A DNA stretch of 64,000 nucleotides, from assembly GCA_044223005.1 (NCBI GenBank), contig JBGAML010000004.1, positions 96,001 through 160,000 of the forward strand. Reading direction: 5' to 3'. This document shows positions 51,678-59,570 of the stretch, one piece after another. Under the pieces are notes generated by a model that was not told the origin of the DNA, searched no databases, and saw nothing but the letters and a program-made list of their open reading frames with translations. The stretch's first letter is position 1. The number at the start of each line of letters is the position of its first letter. Source of the stretch: Candidatus Eiseniibacteriota bacterium. Lineage in GTDB: Bacteria; Eisenbacteria; RBG-16-71-46. Position numbers and translations under genes: made by a program.

Positions 51678-52188
51678 GTGCGACGACCGCCGTCGGCCGC
51701 AGCGACCGCTTTAGCTGCTCCTCGACCGCCTCGATCGCACACACCACGTCCGCGAACTCCTCGAGGCGTCCAAATCGATTCGCCCATGTGCGCAGCTCCG
51801 CGACGCCGAGCATCAGCAGCCGGCGGCGCAGATCGGTAGAGCTGGCCTCCTCTGGGACGTCGGGCCGCTTCGGCGATCGGTAGGTCACCTTGGCCGCGAT
51901 CGGCTTCTCCGCGCGCCCGGGCACGACCGTCACGAGTGCGCGGATATAGACCGACGCCTGGTGCAGCCGGTAGTTCTCCGCCGCGAGGTTGTCGTTCCAC
52001 TCGAACATCCCGTGGATCGGGCTCGTCGGCGGATACGCGAGCCGTAGCACCTCGGCGGGCGAGCAGTCCTTTCCGACTCCGCCCGTGAGCCGCTCGATCG
52101 CCTCGCCGAAGACTTCGGCGGTGGCCGGGTCGAGATCCTTCCCGGTGGTCGGATGCCACCGATACCTAGCGGACCGTGAAGCGCCCAT
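51658..52188 (-). CDS. Phage protein partnering the RAMP-like gene
   Basis: SPAEVL...SPIHGMFEWNDNLAAENYRLHQA...IR; overlaps the upstream gene by 23 bp and ends inside the array. Confidence 0.8.
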   Translation of the reverse strand: MGASRSARYRWHPTTGKDLDPATAEVFGEAIERLTGGVGKDCSPAEVLRLAYPPTSPIHGMFEWNDNLAAENYRLHQASVYIRALVTVVPGRAEKPIAAKVTYRSPKRPDVPEEASSTDLRRRLLMLGVAELRTWANRFGRLEEFADVVCAIEAVEEQLKRSLRPTAVVARQARRG

Positions 52189-52801
52189 AGTTCCCGCCTC
52201 GCTCCACGCGGTATTCCCCCACGCCCACGAACTCGCCCGCGAGCACGAGCAGATTCAGGATCTGCTCCGCCGACGTCGACGCGCCGTTGAACCGGATCGT
52301 CAGCGTCGCCTCCCACTCGTCGAAGCGCGCGCGGTAGCGGAGGTTCATGCCGCCGTCCGCCTGGCGCACCGCGCGCGTGTCCATCACGGGCTTGCCCTTG
52401 ATCGGCACCAGGTCCTCGGTGACGAAGAAGAGCGATCGCGCCGCGGTCATCGCGAGTCCGTCCACGTGGCGGCACGCCGCCACCGCCGCGAGCCGGAATG
52501 CGGCCGCGGAGAACGCGTAGCGGCCGTCCGCCAGGCGCGGGCAGGAATCCTCGAACTCCTGCTGCGGATCGCGCGGGGGCAGCTTTCGGTTCTTCGGTAC
52601 CCCCGACTGTGCTTCGGCCATCTGCCGCTTCGCCTTCTCGCTCCACTGGCTCACCATCAGCGGCGAGATCCCGACGACGTGCACCTTCAGCGTGCGCACG
52701 TCCGGTTTCTGAATCACGAACCGGGTCTTGGCGGGCGGGGCCGGCGAGGACATGGGTTTCTGGATTCCGTCCGACGGTGGCTGCGGCTGTCGGCGACTCA
52801 T
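52166..52801 (-). CDS. Stand-alone RAMP/Cas7-like protein
   Basis: First strand TLKVHVVGISPL; YAFSAAAFRLAAVAAC helix; YRARFDEWEATLTIRF; Gly-rich loop AGEFVGVGEYRVERGGNYGRFTV. Alternative start 52753. Confidence 0.75.
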   Translation of the reverse strand: MSRRQPQPPSDGIQKPMSSPAPPAKTRFVIQKPDVRTLKVHVVGISPLMVSQWSEKAKRQMAEAQSGVPKNRKLPPRDPQQEFEDSCPRLADGRYAFSAAAFRLAAVAACRHVDGLAMTAARSLFFVTEDLVPIKGKPVMDTRAVRQADGGMNLRYRARFDEWEATLTIRFNGASTSAEQILNLLVLAGEFVGVGEYRVERGGNYGRFTVR

Positions 52802-53223
52802 CGCCCACGCTCCGCGACGGGATTTCCGCTGCGACCGAGAACGTGGTCGGCATCGGCGACGACCTGCTTCGAATACTCCATCCATTCCGGTGTGTTCTGT
52901 GCCCTGGCGGTCATGAGCACGCCGCCGAGCTTCTCGATGCAGCGCCGCAGTTCCCTTAAGCGCTCGTCCCGGGCCGCCAGTGAGGATTCGAGTTCGACAA
53001 GCCGCTTCGCGGCTGCGATCCGACGCGCGACGACCTCATAGGGCGCGAGCCGGGTGATCGTGCCGTCTGCCTCGTACCACTCGCACTGCTTGTCCTCTGC
53101 CGAATCGAGCTCGTCGAGCAGGGCTTCGATGATGCTCCGTCGGCAGGTGACAAACCCCGGCTCGCCGTGTTCCTCGTGCGTCGGCCAGCAACGCATGGCA
53201 TCGCGCTGGAGTTTGTCCGTCAC
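52798..53223 (-). CDS. Hypothetical phage protein
   Basis: GTGA/ATGA coupled; coiled-coil segment. Confidence 0.6.
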   Translation of the reverse strand: MTDKLQRDAMRCWPTHEEHGEPGFVTCRRSIIEALLDELDSAEDKQCEWYEADGTITRLAPYEVVARRIAAAKRLVELESSLAARDERLRELRRCIEKLGGVLMTARAQNTPEWMEYSKQVVADADHVLGRSGNPVAERGR

Positions 53224-53675
53224 GCCCGCACCCCCAGTCGCTCGATGGCGCGCCGCAGCTCGACGCTCGCGCGGTCCACTTCGATCGTGCCGCAGGCGCC
53301 GACCGTCCCCCACCAACCGTCGAGCTGCAGCTCGGCGCGGTGGCGGATCAGGGAGAGCAGCGAGTCGACCTGCGATGCTGCGCGCGCGAGCTCCGCGACC
53401 TGCGCGGTGCGTCCTTCCGAACCGGCAGAGATGCAGTCCGAGCAGACGCCGGCCATGAGCCTGAGTCCACTGCCAGACTCCGTCGTGCCGATGCTCGAGG
53501 TCCTGTGGACGGTGATGCGTGCGAGCGGAACGCGGCGCCGGCAGCAGAGGCAGGGCGTCTCCTCGCCGCCAACGTGCAGAACTTCGTCCGCCTGGGCCAT
53601 CGCTTCGGCGGCGATCCGTGCGATCACGCGCGGACCCGAATCTTCCGCGAGGTTATCTTTACCCTTGGAGTCCAT
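53220..53675 (-). CDS. Hypothetical protein with CxxC pairs
   Basis: CLCC and CSDC; first ORF after the putative cos. Confidence 0.55.
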   Translation of the reverse strand: MDSKGKDNLAEDSGPRVIARIAAEAMAQADEVLHVGGEETPCLCCRRRVPLARITVHRTSSIGTTESGSGLRLMAGVCSDCISAGSEGRTAQVAELARAASQVDSLLSLIRHRAELQLDGWWGTVGACGTIEVDRASVELRRAIERLGVRA

Positions 53676-53686
53676 AACGCCCCCGC

Positions 53687-53781
53687 TGTTAACCCGTTAA
53701 CCTGTTAACCATCAAAAACTTACACATCTAGTCATGCGCCGGGGCCGCCGGCACCCGTGGCGCGACCTCTGGGAAGGACCC
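53687..53781 (-). other. Putative cos packaging site
   Basis: Minus strand: GGGTCCT (identical to lambda cosQ), then TCCCAGAGGTCGCGCCACGGGTGCCGGCGGCCCCG, an AT-rich stretch and three tandem GGTTAACR 8-mers; intergenic, upstream of terS. Confidence 0.65.
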
Positions 53782-53954
53782 GCGCCGGCCCGGGGCGGCA
53801 CGCCCGAGGCGAGGCGGAGGGTGCCCGTCGCGTGAGCGCGAACGACGCCGCGCGCGAACGAAACCGACGCGTGACGGATTCTCCACTGGGCCGCCGGCCG
53901 GACTGCTGTCACGTCCCAGTCTCCGCATCACCTGGGGACCACGAACCGGCGGCC

Positions 53955-54212
53955 TCACGGCCGGGCTCCTGCCAGCGAGCGCAGCTCTTCCTCGTCACGC
54001 ACGGCCTCAGCCCGCATGCCCTCGCTGCGGCACTCCATGCACTCGTAGACACGACGGTGCGGGTTCCACCAGACCACCGTCCCGCGCGACCCCTTGGTGC
54101 GTCCGGGCGTCTTCGCCATCACCGGGAAGCGGCAGAAGTCGCACTCGACGTCGTGCTGCAGGTAGCGCACGGGAATCCACTTCTCGGCCGGGTGATGGCT
54201 GAAGAGTGGCAT
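53955..54212 (-). CDS. Small zinc-finger protein
   Basis: CDFC and CMEC. Confidence 0.65.
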   Translation of the reverse strand: MPLFSHHPAEKWIPVRYLQHDVECDFCRFPVMAKTPGRTKGSRGTVVWWNPHRRVYECMECRSEGMRAEAVRDEEELRSLAGARP

Positions 54213-55012
54213 CAGGCCTTCCCTGCGTTGTGGGCGACGGAGTCCACGACCTGGTGCTCCATGTCCTCGGCCAGCCACTCGTCCGCAATGCGTGCCGCGA
54301 TGTCGACGAAGTGCAGGCGGTCATCCAGGTGCAGGCCACGGCGGAAGGCCCAGATCTCGCGGATGTCCCCGCGGCCAGTCCCGATGCGCTGGAACACGCC
54401 ACCGAAGGGCTCCTTGCGCGTGCTGGGGAGCAGGAACGTGCGGTTCTTCCCCCGCCACTGGATCGAACTCGAACTGGCCTCGGGCGTGGGCAACGAGACT
54501 CGTCCGTACTCGCCGAAGAGACCGACGTCGACGACCTTGCGACCACGCCGCTTCTTGGTCAGCCGCTTGCCGCGGAAGTACGCGACCAGGTGCATGCCGG
54601 CGAAGGAATAGGCGGGATTGATCGGGCCCGAGATCGAGGGACGTGCGGGCCGCCCCGTGAGCGGCACGGCGACGCTCTTCGCCCCGGGGGTGAATGGGAC
54701 GCGCGCGCCCCCGGCCTCGAAGCTCGCGAGCAGCAGCTCGCCGCCCTTGTGGGTGTCGAGTTTCGTCCCAACGCGGATCTCGGCATAGGGGCGCGCATCG
54801 CGCGCGCTCGCCTTCTTGAGGATCGCCACCTGGCGCAGCATGAACTCGGCCTTGCGCAGGATGAACGCTGCGCGCAGGTGTTCGCGCTCGGCGTCCACGA
54901 CGCGCTGCGCGGTGGCGTTGAGGGCGTTGACGGCGACGTAGCCGAGCTGCTTCTCGGTGAGCCCGAGGCGTTGCACGAGCCGCTGGACGTCCATGCGCAG
55001 GTCGATCATCAT
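54212..55012 (-). CDS. Neck/tail-completion-like protein (gpZ-like)
   Basis: KQLGYVAVNALNATA start; basic; GVFQRIG near the C-terminus. Confidence 0.55.
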   Translation of the reverse strand: MMIDLRMDVQRLVQRLGLTEKQLGYVAVNALNATAQRVVDAEREHLRAAFILRKAEFMLRQVAILKKASARDARPYAEIRVGTKLDTHKGGELLLASFEAGGARVPFTPGAKSVAVPLTGRPARPSISGPINPAYSFAGMHLVAYFRGKRLTKKRRGRKVVDVGLFGEYGRVSLPTPEASSSSIQWRGKNRTFLLPSTRKEPFGGVFQRIGTGRGDIREIWAFRRGLHLDDRLHFVDIAARIADEWLAEDMEHQVVDSVAHNAGKA

Positions 55013-55248
55013 GCCGGCCTCCGGCGCGGGAGCGCGCGCGAGGTCGCGGGCGCTGCGGAGGTCGGCTTCGGGCGCGGCCCTTCATCGCGGATGCGCTGCC
55101 AGACTTCGAGCCGGTGGATCGGGACGTCGCGCGGCGCGAGGAAGCCCAGCCGGATCTTGTTCCCATCGATCTCGAGGACCGTGATCTCGATGTCGTCGCC
55201 GATGCGGATCTTCTCGCCCACGCGCCGCGTGTGAACCAGCAGGCCCAT
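55009..55248 (-). CDS. csrA: Carbon storage regulator CsrA-like protein
   Basis: LVHTRRVGEKIRIGDDIEITVLEIDGNKIRLGFLAPRDVPIHRLEV. Confidence 0.9.
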   Translation of the reverse strand: MGLLVHTRRVGEKIRIGDDIEITVLEIDGNKIRLGFLAPRDVPIHRLEVWQRIRDEGPRPKPTSAAPATSRALPRRRPA

Positions 55249-55251
55249 GGC

Positions 55252-55713
55252 TCAGCCCCTCCCGTTCGCGGTTGAACTCGGCCCCGGGCGCCGCGCGCCT
55301 GCCGCGGCGCGATCGACGGCCGCCGCGACGGTTCCCGGCCAGCGCTTGCCCATGCGCCAGAGCAGCTGCGCGAGATCCGCGTTGAGCTTCGGGAAATCCG
55401 TGCCGCGGGCGGTCTGCAGGCACACGGCCACCTGGTGTGGTCCGAGCTGCCGCAGCGCCACCAGCTCGAGCAGGGACGCCCAGAAGGCGGCGTAGCGGGC
55501 CTGCTCGGCCCGGTCGGCGGCGCTGGCGGCCGCCTGTCGCGCCCTCCGGCTCTTGTCAGCCCGCCGTAGCCAGTGCACGAGCAGTCCGTTCGGGTTGCGC
55601 ACCGGCTGGCGTGAGTGCATCTCGCGCACCGCGGCGGCGTAGACGCGCACGTCGAGGTCCGGGTAGACCGCCTGCTGGCGCTCCAGGAACGCGGGTTCGA
55701 AGAGATCACTCAC
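55252..55713 (-). CDS. Hypothetical protein downstream of the replication initiator
   Basis: PVRNPNGLLVHWLRRA resembles Rep C-terminal motifs; GTGA coupling. Confidence 0.55.
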   Translation of the reverse strand: MSDLFEPAFLERQQAVYPDLDVRVYAAAVREMHSRQPVRNPNGLLVHWLRRADKSRRARQAAASAADRAEQARYAAFWASLLELVALRQLGPHQVAVCLQTARGTDFPKLNADLAQLLWRMGKRWPGTVAAAVDRAAAGARRPGPSSTANGRG

Positions 55714-56579
55714 GCGCCACCTCCGCGTGCCGCGTCCGTGCCGTCCGTGCCAGTCGCAGGGCCCGCGCCCAGGGCGCGCGCCAGCAGGGCCGCATGGCCT
55801 GCCGTCGTGTCGCCCGTCCGGGCGGACGCAAGTCCGCCGGACCCGTTCTGCCAGCTCTGGCGCTCTGCCGATCTGCCGATCTCAGGCTCTGAAAGCTCTG
55901 GCACGTCTGGTAATTCTGGAGCTTCTGGTAATTCTGGTAATTCTGGGGGGTCCTTGGAGGTCTCCTTGGAGGTCTCCGGACGGCCCCTCTCGGACACCTT
56001 GGAGGTGTCCTTGGAGGTGTCCTCCAAGGTGGCCGGCCGACCCATTCCCGCCACCTTAGAGGTGTCCTTGGAGGTGTCCTCCAAGGTGCCTTCGAGGACA
56101 CCGGCAAGGTCTCCCTGAGGCCACGATTCCGGGCCACCATCGTCCGTCGAGCCGCGCTTGCGGGCGGCCGCAGACGACGCCTTCTTCGCCCGCTCGATCG
56201 CCACCTGGGCGCGCTCGCAGGTCTCCCGCCAGGTCGTCACGACGTCGGTCAGGATCCACTTGCCCGGATCGGTCTCGGTGTCGAACAGGGTCTGGAACCG
56301 ACCGCGGACCCGCTTCCATGCCGCCAGCGTGTAGCCGCACCAGAGCCGGACGTCTTCCTCGGTCATGATCCCGGGCGTCTCGGGCGGCATCGTGCCGTGC
56401 GTGGACGCCCAGACGCGCAGGAAGCGCGCCTGCTGCTCGAGCGTCAACCGCGAGACATGGGGGCTGGAGAGCCACTTCCTCCAGTCGAACTTCGCCCAGG
56501 GCAGGGGCTCGCCGGGTCGCCACCGGGACTGCGTGCGCTCCGGGCTGTTGTCGGTCGGCTTCTCGGGTTCGATGGGCAT
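55710..56579 (-). CDS. Replication initiator (YdaU/DUF1376-like N-terminus)
   Basis: LPWAKFDWRKWLSS...LTLEQQARFLRVW; internal iteron-like repeats. Confidence 0.7.
   Translation of the reverse strand: MPIEPEKPTDNSPERTQSRWRPGEPLPWAKFDWRKWLSSPHVSRLTLEQQARFLRVWASTHGTMPPETPGIMTEEDVRLWCGYTLAAWKRVRGRFQTLFDTETDPGKWILTDVVTTWRETCERAQVAIERAKKASSAAARKRGSTDDGGPESWPQGDLAGVLEGTLEDTSKDTSKVAGMGRPATLEDTSKDTSKVSERGRPETSKETSKDPPELPELPEAPELPDVPELSEPEIGRSAERQSWQNGSGGLASARTGDTTAGHAALLARALGAGPATGTDGTDAARGGGA
55897..56087. repeat. Iteron cluster, putative phage origin
   Basis: Six CCTT(G/A)GAGGT direct copies, two inverted copies, and six TCTGG units at 9-bp period. Confidence 0.8.
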
Positions 56580-56606
56580 CTCGCGTCCGTGCGTTGGACT
56601 CCGACG

Positions 56607-57035
56607 TCAGTTGACGGGCTCGCTGCCGGGCTTCCGGTGCGACCGCGGGGGCGTGATGGGAGCGGCCGAGGGCGTCGGCGCGGGCGATTCGTCGAAGATC
56701 GAGGCCTGCCGCTCTTCCGACCGCAGAGCGCGCTCGCCGTAGATCTCCCCGGTGTCGAGCCGAACGAAGTACGCGACGCCGCGCGCGTCGTCGGAGCGCA
56801 GCTCGATCTCGACGAGGCGCTCTTCGCGGCGGCGCGCCACGATGCGCGCGAGCTCATCGCGCTGGCGCTCGAGCTCGAGCAGCTTCGCCTTCATGTCCGC
56901 CTTCGTCTGCGCCTGCAGGTCACACTCGGCGCGGTGCGACTCGATCGACTCAGCGAGCGCCTTCGCGAGCAGGTCGAACTCGGAGCCCGTCAGCTCGCAC
57001 GGGAGCAGCTCGGTGGTGCGTTTCAGGATTCGCAT
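56607..57035 (-). CDS. Hypothetical phage protein
   Basis: LPCELT...coiled coil...VRLDTGE...R...EERQ. Confidence 0.7.
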   Translation of the reverse strand: MRILKRTTELLPCELTGSEFDLLAKALAESIESHRAECDLQAQTKADMKAKLLELERQRDELARIVARRREERLVEIELRSDDARGVAYFVRLDTGEIYGERALRSEERQASIFDESPAPTPSAAPITPPRSHRKPGSEPVN

Positions 57036-57126
57036 GCGAATCTCCAGTGGTGATCGGCGCGCCGTGCCATCCATGGCCTCCATGCTCCGGCGCGCCGAAG
57101 CGGAAGGGGCGATCGGGCAGAGCCAC

Positions 57127-57558
57127 TCATCGCCAGATCTCCGCGGACCGACCCGAGCGGTTGCCCGCCGAATCGACCGTGACTGCGACGTAGAACCAGC
57201 CCAGGGCGAGGGTGTCCGGCAGCGTGATCGCCACCGCATGGCCCGCTTCGAGCTGTGTCGTTGCCCGCGTCGCGACGAACTGGTAGGCCGCCTCGGCGCG
57301 AACGACGGGCCAGAGGCGCGCCCATGTCGTGTCCGCGGCCTGCATCGCCTGGTGACGCGCGACCCACGTGGGGCTCTGGCGATGCCGCCAGACCTCGAAG
57401 CGTGTCGCGTCGCGGCAGGTGTCGGACGGCGCGGTCGGATCGGCATTGCCGAGCGCGATCGGGCCGCCGGTCCAGGACGAGTTCCGCACAGGAGCCGTGA
57501 ACGTCAGCGTCCAGAGCATGGTGACCGCGACGACGGCCCGCGGGGTCAGGCTGAGCAT
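57127..57558 (-). CDS. Secreted or FN3-like beta protein
   Basis: Hydrophobic start; ends FYVAVTVDSAGNRS; AAAGGAG RBS. Confidence 0.6.
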   Translation of the reverse strand: MLSLTPRAVVAVTMLWTLTFTAPVRNSSWTGGPIALGNADPTAPSDTCRDATRFEVWRHRQSPTWVARHQAMQAADTTWARLWPVVRAEAAYQFVATRATTQLEAGHAVAITLPDTLALGWFYVAVTVDSAGNRSGRSAEIWR

Positions 57559-57794
57559 GCGAGCTCCTTTCGCGGCCGACGGCCGCCGCGGTCCGGGCGC
57601 GAGGGCGGCCGCAGCTGGACCCCCGCGCGTGCCCAGGCCTCGCGCCAGCGATGAATCGTGCTGGGGTTGATGCCCATCTCGTCGGCGGCCCACTTGTAGT
57701 TCCCGTCGGTGTAGTCGAGCGTGAACTGCACGTGGCGCTGGATGGCGCGCTCGAGGTTGAAGTCCCCGAGTCCATTCGGGAGGAGAACGATCAC
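57546..57794 (-). CDS. Fis-type HTH protein
   Basis: TLDYTDGNYKWAADEMGINPSTIHRW. Confidence 0.75.
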   Translation of the reverse strand: MIVLLPNGLGDFNLERAIQRHVQFTLDYTDGNYKWAADEMGINPSTIHRWREAWARAGVQLRPPSRPDRGGRRPRKELACSA

Positions 57795-57973
57795 GCGCCC
57801 GCGACCTCCCCATGACGGTCGTCCGGGTCCTCGAGTTCACCCGGGCCGACCGCGGGCACATGCGCGCGCGCCGACTTGCGCGACCGCAGGGCGCGCGCGT
57901 GCTCGAGCAGGTTCGCCGTCCAGGCGCGCGCGACGTGGGTGAGCTCTTCGTCGGAAAGCGCCTGCACGGCCAC
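57791..57973 (-). CDS. Hypothetical protein
   Basis: GGGAG RBS; coupled to the next gene. Confidence 0.45.
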   Translation of the reverse strand: MAVQALSDEELTHVARAWTANLLEHARALRSRKSARAHVPAVGPGELEDPDDRHGEVAGA

Positions 57974-58067
57974 GGTGGCTCCCGCTTCCGTGATGAGGAA
58001 GTTCGGGACCCGGGGGACTCGTACCGGTGCCGACGCGGCGGCGTGCGGGCCGCCGCGGCCGCGCCGG

Positions 58068-58424
58068 CTAGAGGTCCGAGACCGGGCTGCCCGCCGAGAG
58101 GTTCACGTCGCCGTGGCGGCCCTCGGTGATCGTGATCTCGATCGAGTTGCCGTCGACGTTCTCGCTCGCGCTGATCGCCGTGACCGTGACGACGCCCGGG
58201 CCCGCCGGCGTGAGCAGCCAGACCTCCGGGGTCGTCGGGCTCGTGTTCGTCGGATCCGCGTCGCCATTGGCATCGAGGCCGACCACCTGGGCGATCGTGG
58301 AATCGCTCGACGCCCAGCTGAACGGACCGGGGTCCGGCGAGCCGTCCGCCAGCTTGGGTGCGAGCGAGAGCTTGACCTTCTCGACGTCCGAGAGGGTCAG
58401 CGGGGGAACCGGCTTGATCTCCAT
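58068..58424 (-). CDS. Ig-like domain protein
   Basis: FSWASSDSTIAQV...GVVTVTA; AAGGAG RBS; in-frame upstream ATG at 58586. Confidence 0.6.
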   Translation of the reverse strand: MEIKPVPPLTLSDVEKVKLSLAPKLADGSPDPGPFSWASSDSTIAQVVGLDANGDADPTNTSPTTPEVWLLTPAGPGVVTVTAISASENVDGNSIEITITEGRHGDVNLSAGSPVSDL

Positions 58425-58582
58425 GCGGGGTCTCCTTCCTTGAACTGTTGTGACGCTGAGCCGCAGCGCCCCGGTGGCCCTCTGGGCCGAAATCCGTTCG
58501 ATCAGGCACGCGATGCGCTCGAGCGCGTGCACGCCCCGCGTCAGCAGGTCCCAGCCACGGGTCCAGAACGAGTGCTTCCGCT

Positions 58583-58891
58583 TCATGAGGCCTCCTCGAG
58601 GTGATCTGCGAGCGCATCGACGAGCAGCTTCTTCGCGAGGCCCAGGGCATTCGCGACCTCGGCCGTCGGGCGCGCCTGCAGGAGCGCGGCATTGGCGCGG
58701 TTCAGCTCGCGCGCAGCGCGGTGCACGAGGCCCCATCGCGAGTCGCGGTCCCGCGCCGGCGTCGGGGCCAGCGACTTGAGCTCGCGCAACAGGTGGCACG
58801 CGTCGTTGCTGGCCCGCGTAAGCTCGTGCGCGTGGCGGGATTGCCGCTCGAGCCGCGCGACCATGGCGTTGATCTCGCGCTTGAGGCTCAT
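58583..58891 (-). CDS. Hypothetical helical protein
   Basis: ATGA-coupled chain of ORFs. Confidence 0.55.
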   Translation of the reverse strand: MSLKREINAMVARLERQSRHAHELTRASNDACHLLRELKSLAPTPARDRDSRWGLVHRAARELNRANAALLQARPTAEVANALGLAKKLLVDALADHLEEAS

Positions 58892-59079
58892 CGGAGCCTC
58901 GTGCGCAGGGCGGCCGCGACAAAGACCGCGAGCTGGCGGTCGTTCAAGCCATCGAGGTCGATAGACCGCTGCCTCGCGGCGACGCGATCATCGCGGCGTC
59001 GCGCCGCGCGCGCCTCGAGGAGCGCCCGTCGACGGGCGTGGCGGGCGCGAATTGCCGCGCGGTGCTTGTGCGCGCTCAT
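58888..59079 (-). CDS. Arg-rich hypothetical protein
   Basis: ATGA-coupled. Confidence 0.5.
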   Translation of the reverse strand: MSAHKHRAAIRARHARRRALLEARAARRRDDRVAARQRSIDLDGLNDRQLAVFVAAALRTRLR

Positions 59080-59570
59080 CGCCCCGTCTCCCCGACGCCC
59101 GGCAGCAGCGCCGGCATGCGGCCGCTCGAGTACATCGTCTCGAGCTGGGGCCGCAGCCAGGCGCCGACGGTCTCGCCGTTGGCCATCACCGTGTCGGCGA
59201 GGAACTCGCGCTCGACCGTGGAGAGCCCCGCCTCGATCGCCTCGAGCTTCGCCTTGATGATGAGCAGGATGCCGCGCCAGCGACTGCGACAGGCCTGCTC
59301 CCAGCGCGCGCGCTGCGTTTCCGCGGGGACCTTGGAATAGGGCTGCGGACGCCCCCGGTACATGCGCTGCGTGAACTCGGGCTGGTCCGGGCGGGGAAGC
59401 GGCACCGCGAGCCGCACCATGCGTCCACCCATCGTCCAGCCGATGATCGCGGCGCCCTTCTCCGTGTCGAACGCCGACATGAATTGCCCGGCGCCCTTCT
59501 GCACGAGCAGCCGCTCGATCTCAGCGCGCGAACGTTCGACAGAAACCGTGGTGCCCTCGGCGTAGCTCAT
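59076..59570 (-). CDS. Hypothetical phage protein
   Basis: YAEGTTVSVERSRAEIERLL...RWR...IKAKLEAIE...EREFL. Confidence 0.75.
   Translation of the reverse strand: MSYAEGTTVSVERSRAEIERLLVQKGAGQFMSAFDTEKGAAIIGWTMGGRMVRLAVPLPRPDQPEFTQRMYRGRPQPYSKVPAETQRARWEQACRSRWRGILLIIKAKLEAIEAGLSTVEREFLADTVMANGETVGAWLRPQLETMYSSGRMPALLPGVGETGR

Noticed and set aside
53687..53735. GTTAAC repeats as a target of array unit 2 (GT-AA-GT-AA)
   Set aside because: By eye only a partial gapped match; the register fails.
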